DNA of 64,000 nucleotides from an uncultured Bacteroidota bacterium (GCA_963733535.1 CAVTDR010000006.1:1798775-1862774), one strand, 5' to 3'; positions 1 through 7,917 are shown, counted from the first letter of the stretch. Numbers and translations are program-made. Notes: generated by a model from the letters alone, not told the origin.

Positions 1-15
1 ATTTACATTATTCCC

Positions 16-570
16 TTGCTTCAAGCGACAGTGGCATTTGGACAATATGATAGTTGGCAAAAAAACCCAGATGGTACTTATGTTGTAGGCGGCTGCTATG
101 ACAGTTGGCAAAGAAACCCGGACGGAACCTATGTGTGTGGAGGAGCTTATGACAGTTATCAAAGAAATCCGGATGGAACCTACGTGTGTGGCGGAGCTTA
201 TGAAAGTTGGCAAAGAAACCCGGACGGAACTTATGTGTGCGGAGGAGCTTATGACAGTTGGCAAAGAAATCCGGATGGAACCTATGTATGTGGAGGAGCT
301 TATGACAGTTATCAAAGAAATCCGGATGGAACCTATGTGTGCGGAGGAGCTTATGACAGTTGGCAAAGAAACCCGGATGGAACCTATGTGTGTGGAGGAG
401 CTTATGACAGTTGGCAAAGAAACCCGGACGGAACCTATGTATGTGGAGGAGCTTATGACAGTTGGCAAAGAAACCCGGACGGAACTTATGTGTGCGGAGG
501 AGCTTATGACAGTTATCAAAGAAACCCGGACGGAACTTATGTTGTTGGATGGGGAAAATGCACAAAATAA
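16..570 (+). CDS. Cys-containing tandem-repeat protein (10 x 17-aa units YDSWQRNPDGTYVCGGA); 5' end probably outside the window
   Basis: The reading frame is open to base 1, and the listed start at 16 is TTG. There are ten near-identical 17-aa repeats and the stop is at 568-570. The other long ORFs here (8..748 -, 98..628 +) are alternative frames of the same repeat. Confidence 0.55.
   Translation: MLQATVAFGQYDSWQKNPDGTYVVGGCYDSWQRNPDGTYVCGGAYDSYQRNPDGTYVCGGAYESWQRNPDGTYVCGGAYDSWQRNPDGTYVCGGAYDSYQRNPDGTYVCGGAYDSWQRNPDGTYVCGGAYDSWQRNPDGTYVCGGAYDSWQRNPDGTYVCGGAYDSYQRNPDGTYVVGWGKCTK
46..555 (+). repeat. 51-bp tandem repeat x10 (coding)
   Basis: Direct reading shows a 51-nt period with a few synonymous or conservative changes (W/Y, D/E). 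Confidence 0.9.
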
Positions 571-615
571 CTACTATCACAGCGTGAATAAGAGACGAGA
601 ACCGGGGTCGGACCG

Positions 616-1720
616 GGCTATTATATAGAATACAATTGTTTTTGATAAAAGTCTTTAATTTGTTGTATTGGGATGTAGACATTGTTGTTTGAAAGTGACA
701 TTTCGCGATAGCTTTTATTTGGATCATTGTATTTCTTCGACGACTCAAGTATCCGATAGTAAGACAGGTAGTTTATCATGTACTTGTCGGAAACCCCATG
801 AAATGTTCTGATCCATTCCTTCAATTTACTATGTGTATTATTTACGTGCTGTAAATGGTAAACTTTGGGCTTAGTCCACTTCACATCGTATCCTGGGATT
901 CTGAAGTGGGTTAGGTTTTTCTTCTTAGCTAAAGCCTGATATGAATTACTGCCATCAGTGCAAAGAATACTCTTTTTTACTTTATTTTTTTGCTTATTAA
1001 CCCAAGGATCCATTGTTTTCGTTATCTGCTCGCTTGTGGGATTGCCAATACCTGTAATGCTCAATCTTAAATTGTGATTTCTGTCAATAGCAGTAAGTAC
1101 ACAAAGGCGTTTGCTTGTTCCTATTTCAGATGTTCCACCTCGTTTCCTGGGTTTTCTACCTCTTACCTTTTTTTGTCCCTTTCTCGAAGACAAAAAAAAA
1201 GTTTCATCCGCCTCTATAACGCCTGTAAGCTTATTACATCCAATATCCTTTAATGATTTCAATACTTTATGTCTCCAATCGAAGGATGTTTTATAGCTGA
1301 TCCCTGCCGCCTTAGCGCATTTATGCAACGTCATGCTTTGTAGCATACAGTCCAAATAAATATTCCACTGGTCCTTTTTATGGATCCAATGAACACTGGT
1401 TCCTGTTAATGGTGTAAATACTTTCTTGCATTCCTTACAACGATACTTCTGAACGCCTTTTACTTTTCCAAATAAAATCCAATGGTCACTTTTGCAGTGA
1501 GGACACGATATAGGCTGTCCTTCATGGATTTCTTTACGAACTTTATAAATCTCATGTTCACCGGTAGAAGGCTCATTCAACAAACCATTGAAGTGCTGGA
1601 AAACATTTAATTGATCCTCTTTAGATAATTGATTGATTCGGAAAATTAGATCTTTTATGGGGTCCATCGTTTGATTATCATATTTTTACAAATATAACAA
1701 TTATATATTATATAATAGCC
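616..1720 (-). mobile_element. IS1595-family insertion sequence, copy 1 (1105 bp)
   Basis: Perfect 12-bp terminal inverted repeats, GGCTATTATATA (616-627) and TATATAATAGCC (1709-1720). An 8-bp direct repeat TCGGACCG flanks it at 608-615 and 1721-1728. It carries a single transposase ORF. Confidence 0.9.
621..1667 (-). CDS. IS1595-family (ISXO2-like) DDE transposase with N-terminal zinc ribbon
   Basis: 348 aa. It has the CPHC..x..CKEC zinc ribbon (CPHCKSDHW...YRCKECKKVFTPLTGT) followed by a DDE domain (EADETFF, LCTDGSNSY), the typical IS1595 layout. Confidence 0.85.
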   Translation of the reverse strand: MDPIKDLIFRINQLSKEDQLNVFQHFNGLLNEPSTGEHEIYKVRKEIHEGQPISCPHCKSDHWILFGKVKGVQKYRCKECKKVFTPLTGTSVHWIHKKDQWNIYLDCMLQSMTLHKCAKAAGISYKTSFDWRHKVLKSLKDIGCNKLTGVIEADETFFLSSRKGQKKVRGRKPRKRGGTSEIGTSKRLCVLTAIDRNHNLRLSITGIGNPTSEQITKTMDPWVNKQKNKVKKSILCTDGSNSYQALAKKKNLTHFRIPGYDVKWTKPKVYHLQHVNNTHSKLKEWIRTFHGVSDKYMINYLSYYRILESSKKYNDPNKSYREMSLSNNNVYIPIQQIKDFYQKQLYSI

Positions 1721-1804
1721 TCGGACCGGACTTAAGAATTAAATATCAATGAATTAATCTCAAGAACACCCTTGTTTTTGACCTTAAAGGGCACTTTTTG
1801 GGGG
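1721..1804 (+). repeat. Module A (conserved ~95-bp gene-3' repeat), 3' part; its 5' part is at 598-615, split by IS1595 copy 1
   Basis: tcggaccggacttaagaattaaatatcaatgaattaa..acacccttgtttttgacctta.agggcactttttggggg aligns with the intact copies at 5997, 7918 and 11722. Confidence 0.8.
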
Positions 1805-1846
1805 CGAAAGTTTCGAATCCGGGTCGGTCGAATCCGGGTCGGACCG

Positions 1847-2951
1847 GGCTATTATATAGAATACAATTGTTTTTGATAAAAGTCTTTAATTTGTTGTATT
1901 GGGATGTATACAGCGTTGTTTGAAAGTGACATCTCGCGATAGCTTTTATTTGGATCATTGTATTTCTTCGACGACTCCAGTATCCGATAGTAAGACAGGT
2001 AGTTTATCATGTATTTGTCGGAAACCCCATGAAATGTTCTTATCCATTCCTTCAATTTACTATGTGTATTATTTACGTGCTGTAAATGGTATACTTTGGG
2101 CTTAGTCCACTTCACATCGTATCCTGGGATTCTGAAGTGGGTTAGGTTTTTCTTCTTAGCTAAAGCCTGATATGAATTACTGCCATCAGTGCAAAGAATA
2201 CTCTTTTTCACTTTATTTTTTTGCTTATTAACCCAAGGATCCATCGTTTTCGTTATCTGCTCGCTTGTGGGATTGCCAATACCTGTAATGCTCAGTCTTA
2301 AATTGTGATTTCTGTCAATAGCAGTAAGTACACAAAGGCGTTTGCTTGTTCCAATATCAGATGTTCCACCTCGTTTCCTGGGTTTTCTACCTCTTACCTT
2401 TTTTTGCCCCTTTCTCGAAGACAAAAAAAAAGTTTCATCTGCCTCTATAACGCCTGTGAGCTTATTACATCCAATATCTTTTAATGACTTCAATACTTTA
2501 TGTCTCCAATCAAAAGATGTTTTATAGCTGATCCCTGCCGCCTTAGCACATTTATGCAACGTCATGCTTTGTAGCATGCAATCTAAATAGATATTCCACT
2601 GGTCCTTTTTATGGATCCAATGAACACTGGTTCCTGTTAGTGGTGTAAATACTTTCTTGCATTCCTTACAACGATACTTCTGAACGCCTTTTACTTTTCC
2701 AAATAAAATCCAATGGTCACTTTTGCAGTGAGGACACAATATAGGCTGTCCTTCATGGATTTCTTTACGAACTTTATAAATTTCATGTTCACCGGTTGAA
2801 GGCTCATTCAACAATCCATTGAAGTGCTGGAAAACATTTAATTGATCCTCTTTAGATAATTGATTGATTCGGAAAATTAGATCTTTTATGGGGTCCATCG
2901 TTTGATTATCATATTTTTACAAATATAACAATTATATATTATATAATAGCC
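1847..2951 (-). mobile_element. IS1595-family insertion sequence, copy 2 (1105 bp)
   Basis: Same 12-bp inverted repeats (1847-1858 and 2940-2951) and the same 8-bp direct repeat TCGGACCG (1839-1846 and 2952-2959). The protein differs from copy 1 at 3 residues. Confidence 0.9.
1852..2898 (-). CDS. IS1595-family DDE transposase
   Basis: 348 aa, nearly identical to the ORF at 621..1667. Confidence 0.85.
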   Translation of the reverse strand: MDPIKDLIFRINQLSKEDQLNVFQHFNGLLNEPSTGEHEIYKVRKEIHEGQPILCPHCKSDHWILFGKVKGVQKYRCKECKKVFTPLTGTSVHWIHKKDQWNIYLDCMLQSMTLHKCAKAAGISYKTSFDWRHKVLKSLKDIGCNKLTGVIEADETFFLSSRKGQKKVRGRKPRKRGGTSDIGTSKRLCVLTAIDRNHNLRLSITGIGNPTSEQITKTMDPWVNKQKNKVKKSILCTDGSNSYQALAKKKNLTHFRIPGYDVKWTKPKVYHLQHVNNTHSKLKEWIRTFHGVSDKYMINYLSYYRILESSKKYNDPNKSYREMSLSNNAVYIPIQQIKDFYQKQLYSI

Positions 2952-3035
2952 TCGGACCGGACTTAAGAATTAAATATCAATGAATTAACCCTAAAAACAC
3001 CCTTGTTTTTGACCTTAGAGGGCACTTTTTGGGGG
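2952..3035 (+). repeat. Module A, 3' part; its 5' part is at 1812-1846, split by IS1595 copy 2
   Basis: Same consensus as the other Module A copies. Confidence 0.8.
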
Positions 3036-3412
3036 CGAAAAGAGGGGTTTTAGGAGAATGATAGATACTAGATACTGGATAATGGATGCTGGATGTGTGG
3101 GTGTAGTGGAACAGGGGAGAAAGGGTGGGAGACATTTATAAGGGGTTTCACCCCTTGTACCCCACTTACTTCTTTGCCATCGCTGCAAAGAAGTAAGCAA
3201 GAAAAATCTAGACAAAACGAATCCCCACGCGCTCTGCCAGAAGGCTGGAATTTCGAATAAAGTAATCGCCTAAACGGCAGTTTAGAAATACCGGTTTTTG
3301 AATGCATGTTATTAGATTAAGTCATTGTCAATTCTAATCCGTTTATGCTGAAGCCAAGGCCCTTTATTGAAATTCCAAGCCTTCCGGCATTCACCGCTTC
3401 GCCGCCATCGCG

Positions 3413-3560
3413 TTTTGTCCCGGCCAGCCCACGGTGCATCGATTGAGGTTGGTTATTGTTCGAATGTTGATGCAAAACCGGAATTCAACTACATGATTTT
3501 TTTAAATACCGTTATTTGCTTATGAAGATTGAATCAAAGATTATTGTAATTTAGATTTTA
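3413..3560 (+). promoter_or_regulatory. Module Z (conserved ~150-bp gene-5' repeat); possible promoter-bearing module
   Basis: ttttgtcccggccagcccacggtg...gaattcaactacatgattttttaaataccgttat.tgct...gaatcaaagattattgtaa recurs at 34272-34412, which ends ~30 nt before the ATG of 34445. Partial copies are at 6398-6660, 8700-8760, 22655-22700 and 36385-36450. Promoter function is inference only. Confidence 0.3.
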
Positions 3561-3763
3561 CTGATAGGAATCATGATCCTGTGGAGCTGGATCGTAAGCG
3601 AAGGAGATGACCGAAAAGAATAACCAGTACGTCCGGGTCTGTGAGGGGTTAGAGAGTTTTGGTACTTTCATAGTTGATTTATGCCATTAAGGAAGAAACA
3701 TAATCGACAGGAAATGCATTAGCTACTTTGCTTGAATTTAGCTACCTATATTTAATCAATAAT

Positions 3764-4147
3764 ATGGAAAAACATCTGGAATTTATTCAAGGAGTGATAA
3801 ATCGAATGTGTCAGAACTCATTCCTCATTAAGGGTTGGACAGTAACTCTTGTTTCTGCCTTATTTGCATTGGCGGCAAATGATACGAATCAAATATTTGT
3901 TGTTATTGCATATTTTCCAACTATAATTTTCTGGATTCTGGATAGCTACTACCTTTATCAAGAGCGTATTTTCAGAAAATTATATGATAAGGTTCGTCAA
4001 CAGCAAACTACAGACTATTCACTTTCTACAGAGGAAATTGACAATGGAGTTTCAGATTGGGCAATTGCAGCATTTTCTAAAACGATTATTCTGTTTTATG
4101 GAATTATTATTATAACTCTTCTTATTATATTGTATTGTATTATTTAA
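3764..4147 (+). CDS. small 3-TM membrane protein (hypothetical)
   Basis: ATG at 3764 (MEKHLEF...); the listed ORF start at 3728 is TTG. It has an N-terminal amphipathic helix, then hydrophobic spans at about residues 24-40, 45-65 and 107-127. No family was recognised. Confidence 0.6.
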   Translation: MEKHLEFIQGVINRMCQNSFLIKGWTVTLVSALFALAANDTNQIFVVIAYFPTIIFWILDSYYLYQERIFRKLYDKVRQQQTTDYSLSTEEIDNGVSDWAIAAFSKTIILFYGIIIITLLIILYCII

Positions 4148-4344
4148 CAGCATATGGTAAGAGAATATAGTTCAGTTTCCACTATGAGGATGTCAATGCA
4201 TTTCGTGCATCTGAACCATAAAATAGAAAGCTGAAAACAAGAGCATGTAAAATTAATACTTATCCTGTTTATGTTTGGGATTGGATATAATAACGGAAGT
4301 TGGAAAGCAGACAAGATCGCAGGAAAGTATGTTTCGCCTAAAAT

Positions 4345-5019
4345 ATGAAAACGAGTACAGCGATAAAAACTTACCATTTCACAAGTACGGAACTTAATCA
4401 AGTTCGTGACTATTACTTAAAGAGAAAAGTGCAGCTTAATGAAGTTATTCAAGCATTTAGTAGTGTTAAATATTCGCAATACGATATATTTTTAACCCAT
4501 AGGTCTACAGACAAAGAGCTTATAGATATATTATTTTTAGAACTTAAGTCTGACACATATAATGTATATGTGGATTGGTATGATCCGGAACTTAATCGAG
4601 ATGACATTACTGAGAAATCAGCTGAATTAATCAGATTAAGTATTCGTAAGTCAAAGTGTTTGATTTATGCAACACCAGTAAGTGACGATATGTCAAAATG
4701 GATGCCATGGGAATGCGGATATATGGATGGCTACAGTGGAAATGTTGCAATATTACCAATAATGGAGGAGCCAGATATGAAATTTAAGGGTCAGGAATTT
4801 TTAGGTCTCTATCCCTTAATAAAAAAGGGAGAAGACAATAAGTTATATGTGGTTTTTTCTGATGGGAGAATAATATTATTCGATGATTGGATTGCAAAGG
4901 TTCCAGCCACACGAAATGAAATCTTTAACACATACATGATCCAACAAGAGCAAATAGAAAAAAATCCACTTCAGGGAATTGGAACCATAAATCTTAAAAA
5001 CAATATAAAATTCTTATAG
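4345..5019 (+). CDS. TIR-like domain protein
   Basis: YDIFLTHRSTDKELID (beta-A/BB-loop-like start), then CLIYATPVSDDMSKWMPWECGY with a Glu in the position of the TIR catalytic Glu (S.W...E). The domain size fits. This is motif recognition only. Confidence 0.6.
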   Translation: MKTSTAIKTYHFTSTELNQVRDYYLKRKVQLNEVIQAFSSVKYSQYDIFLTHRSTDKELIDILFLELKSDTYNVYVDWYDPELNRDDITEKSAELIRLSIRKSKCLIYATPVSDDMSKWMPWECGYMDGYSGNVAILPIMEEPDMKFKGQEFLGLYPLIKKGEDNKLYVVFSDGRIILFDDWIAKVPATRNEIFNTYMIQQEQIEKNPLQGIGTINLKNNIKFL

Positions 5020-5931
5020 ATGAAGGCAGTCTGGTCATTATGGACAAAACCACTTTTGCAAACATCAAATAATGGATTATGGTCTTTTAATCATTATCTA
5101 TATTCCTGGATAATTTCAGTAATGACAATAAATCGGTTTTTCAATAGAACAGAATTATATACAGATGATTTTGGGAAACTGATTTTAGTTGATATTCTTA
5201 AAATACCTTTTGATAAAGTATATCTAAATCTTAACGAATTAGAAGATTTAAATATTAATTGGTGGGCAGCAGGTAAGATTCAAACTTATAGTTTACAGAA
5301 AGAACCATTTATTCATTTCGATAGTGATGTGTATTTATGGGATCGTCTTCCGGAAAGAATAATGTCAGCTAATATTTGTGCTCAAAGTCCGGAGTTTTTT
5401 AATAGCAATAACAGGGACTCATATTATAAACTTAAAGAAATTGAAGAAAATATTAAAAATGGCAATGGTTGGTTGCCTGGATATTGGAAAAATTACACAT
5501 CAGGTAGAGTTAATTTTGAAGCTTCTTGCTGTGGAATATTCGGAGGTAATGATTTAAAACTAATAAGAACATATTCAAAAAATGCATTAAATATTATTTG
5601 TCTTAAACGAAACAAGGATATCTGGAATACATGGGGAAATATTGCATTGGGTAATGTTCTTGTAGAACAATTTTTTCTAACATTAACTGTAGCTGCAAAA
5701 GGCAAAACTAATATTGAGTATCTGTTTAATGAATATGAAAACCCTTTCTCTGAAACTACTGAAAATAAATATTACACGCACTTAATATCTACAGCTAAAA
5801 GCGATATTATGGTACAAAAATTAATTGAAAGATTTATATTTCTTAATTGTTTGGAATATGTACCGAGAACTAGAAATGCAATACAGGTAATAGAAAATAA
5901 TTTAATTAAGTACAGCACACAACATGCGTAA
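5020..5931 (+). CDS. hypothetical protein, nucleotide-sugar-transferase-like (WSLWTKP N-terminus, HFDSDVYLW DxD-like motif)
   Basis: Its ATG directly follows the TAG of the TIR-like gene (5017-5019 then 5020). The motifs resemble an uncharacterised glycosyltransferase-like DUF common in Bacteroidota. That assignment is from memory and unverified. Confidence 0.5.
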   Translation: MKAVWSLWTKPLLQTSNNGLWSFNHYLYSWIISVMTINRFFNRTELYTDDFGKLILVDILKIPFDKVYLNLNELEDLNINWWAAGKIQTYSLQKEPFIHFDSDVYLWDRLPERIMSANICAQSPEFFNSNNRDSYYKLKEIEENIKNGNGWLPGYWKNYTSGRVNFEASCCGIFGGNDLKLIRTYSKNALNIICLKRNKDIWNTWGNIALGNVLVEQFFLTLTVAAKGKTNIEYLFNEYENPFSETTENKYYTHLISTAKSDIMVQKLIERFIFLNCLEYVPRTRNAIQVIENNLIKYSTQHA

Positions 5932-5996
5932 ATGTTGCTTTTTTTATATTTATTCCGGGTCGGACAAAGCTCTTATATAGAATGCAATTGTTTTTT

Positions 5997-6092
5997 TTCG
6001 AATCCGGGTCGGACCGGACTTAAGAATTAAATATCAATGAATTAACCCATAAAACATCCTTGTTTTTAACCTTAGAAGGCACTTTTGGGGGG
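5997..6092 (+). repeat. Module A, intact copy (preceded at ~5968-5996 by a solo IS1595 end remnant)
   Basis: ttcgaatccgggtcggaccggacttaagaattaaatatcaatgaattaacccataaaacatccttgtttttaaccttagaaggcacttttgggggg. It starts 66 nt after the stop of 5020..5931. Confidence 0.8.
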
Positions 6093-6096
6093 TGTG

Positions 6097-6347
6097 CTTC
6101 GACAAGCTCAGCAACCGAGGATCGACAGGCTCAGTAACCGTACTTCGACAGGCTCAGTAACCGTACTTCGACAGGCTCAGTAACCGTACTTCGACAGGCT
6201 CAGTAACCGTACTTCGACAAGCTCAGCAACCGTACTTCGACAAGCTCAGTAACCGTACTTCGACAAGCTCAGTAACCGAGGATCGATAGGCTCAGTAACC
6301 GGGGATGGGTAATCGGTAATCGGTGCTTCGACAAGCTCAGCAACCGG
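6097..6347 (+). repeat. 23-bp tandem repeat array (cttcgacaggctcagtaaccgta), ~9 units plus 1 separated unit
   Basis: Direct reading shows units differing only at a/g (acaAg/acaGg) and c/t (cagCaa/cagTaa). No spacers are present. Confidence 0.9.
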
Positions 6348-6766
6348 AACGGATACCTGCCTGCCCGGCTTGTCCCTTGCATGGCAGACAGGCAGGATTT
6401 TGTCCCGGCCAGCCAACGGTGCTTTGAATGAGGGCTGTTTTAATTCGATTGTTGATATAAAAATGTACCGTACCTTGAAAGCCATAACATAGATGTAGGA
6501 ACATATTATTCTAAATTTATTTTATTTCCATCCATTCCGAATATGATTTTATTCACGGGATACATTATCATTTTCTTTATTTTAACAAGAAATAAAGAAA
6601 TTAATAAATAAAGTTTTCTGAAATTCACCTACATGATTTTTTAGGTACCGTTACACTATAGATATTAAAGACCTATTCTCAGAGCAAAGTAACTTCCAGG
6701 TTCTATGAAAGGTAAATAGCTTTGAATGATCTTAAATAGTAATTATTCATATAAATATTTAATGCC

Positions 6767-7873
6767 ATGGACAAAATAATTGAAAACAATTCCATTCCAT
6801 CCGGTACTTTATTGAATAATATTTTGCCGGAAGAAAAAAATGAACTCAAAAAAAATAAAATCAAAGGATCATCATTGGACAAATCATTTATTAATAAAAA
6901 ACAAAAAATGAATGGATTTAAAAACCTGGATAATAGGAATTTTAACAGAAATTCCATTACCTATATCATTGTTATTCCAATTTTTATGGTGGGTGTTATC
7001 CTCCTGTCTCTTGGTATTATTTGTGAAGAATATGATTGGGGTATTGATAGAATTGTATCACTGATAATTAAAGAAATAGGCGTAGTTCTGATGGTTGTTG
7101 CTGTTATTCATTCAGTTTATGAACTACGTATTCATAAATATTTGCATGGAGATATTATGAAACTGGGGTTTAATGTTGAAAAACTTCAGAAAACGGTATC
7201 CATTGTAGGTGGCGCTATTGAGAGTGGATTATCTGCTGTTTATAGTTCCAGAGAAGAAGTAAACAAGGCCATTGAAGAAGAAATTGAAAATATGAAACCC
7301 AAATCAACCTTAAAATTATTAGGTATTTCTTTGGGTGCTTTTTTATGCCCACATGGGGCATTGCATGGATCTTTCAGGCAATTATTGGCGAAACGGGAAA
7401 TTGAAGTAATTGCCTTACTCCTTAATGCAGATTCAGATGCGGCATTAGAAAGAGCTAAATTGGAAGAGCCAAGATTCTTTATGAATAAGAAGACTGAAAT
7501 TGAAATAAACGAGGCATATCAAAAAACAAGATGTCATAATGAGCTCAAAACAGCAACTGACTTTGCACAGGATATTGCTGATCATTGTTGGTTCAGAGAT
7601 AATAATAAAGGTCAAAGTCCCGTAGATGCTCCAAATGAACCACCTATAAATGCTAACTTTTCTTACAAAGTATATGATGTTTCTCCACTTTGTTATTTGG
7701 TAATCTTTGAAAATTGTATGTTTTTGGAAAACTATCATAACGCTGGTAGAGGTGGCGAAGCTTCAGTTCTTAAAATCGGGAAGCAAAGTGGCGAATCAAT
7801 GGAAATGACCAGTTTATTCAGAATATATGAGAATCATTTTAATGTAATGAAAAATCACAGTGAATCCAAGTAA
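6767..7873 (+). CDS. 2-TM membrane protein with a C-terminal domain of unknown function (possibly DUF5919/PLD-like fold)
   Basis: 368 aa with two hydrophobic helices at about residues 66-120. The C-terminal pattern GLSAVYSSR...LLGISLGAF...VIALLLNADS...YKVYDVSPLCYLVIFENCMFLENYH..GRGGE resembles DUF5919 as I remember it. This is unverified. Confidence 0.45.
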   Translation: MDKIIENNSIPSGTLLNNILPEEKNELKKNKIKGSSLDKSFINKKQKMNGFKNLDNRNFNRNSITYIIVIPIFMVGVILLSLGIICEEYDWGIDRIVSLIIKEIGVVLMVVAVIHSVYELRIHKYLHGDIMKLGFNVEKLQKTVSIVGGAIESGLSAVYSSREEVNKAIEEEIENMKPKSTLKLLGISLGAFLCPHGALHGSFRQLLAKREIEVIALLLNADSDAALERAKLEEPRFFMNKKTEIEINEAYQKTRCHNELKTATDFAQDIADHCWFRDNNKGQSPVDAPNEPPINANFSYKVYDVSPLCYLVIFENCMFLENYHNAGRGGEASVLKIGKQSGESMEMTSLFRIYENHFNVMKNHSESK

Positions 7874-7917
7874 TTTGAGCCTTAATTAATTTTCTTTATT
7901 TGTAGCCATTTTTTTAA

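Noticed and set aside
8-748. Long ORFs 8..748 (-) and 98..628 (+) overlapping the repeat protein gene
   Set aside because: They are alternative reading frames of the same 51-bp tandem repeat, and any frame of such a repeat stays open. The + frame ending at 570 gives the most protein-like, Cys/Gly/Asp-rich repeat, and the minus ORF runs into the IS end.
1111-1296. 61-aa ORFs antisense within both IS1595 transposase genes (1111..1296 and 2342..2527)
   Set aside because: They are fully embedded antisense in a well-supported transposase CDS and are conserved only because the IS copies are near-identical.
3015-3307. ORFs inside mosaic repeat blocks (3015..3215, 3068..3307, 6246..6485, 22663..22920, 28259..28477, 33964..34149, 36117..36413)
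   Set aside because: They lie entirely in GC-rich repeat modules that occur in both orientations. Their 'proteins' are low-complexity translations of hairpins (for example PAGRQA-type strings), and no start context or conservation of frame is seen between copies.
5997-6020. TTCGAATCCGGGTCGGACC as a tRNA gene
   Set aside because: Only the T-loop, T-stem 3' strand and acceptor 3' strand are present. No complementary acceptor 5' strand, D-arm or anticodon arm lies upstream in any copy.
6097-6347. The 23-bp repeat arrays (also at 8016-8150 and 22016-22082) as a possible CRISPR array
   Set aside because: The units are directly adjacent with no unique spacers, the unit is shorter than typical CRISPR repeats, and no cas genes are present. 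This is a VNTR/minisatellite.
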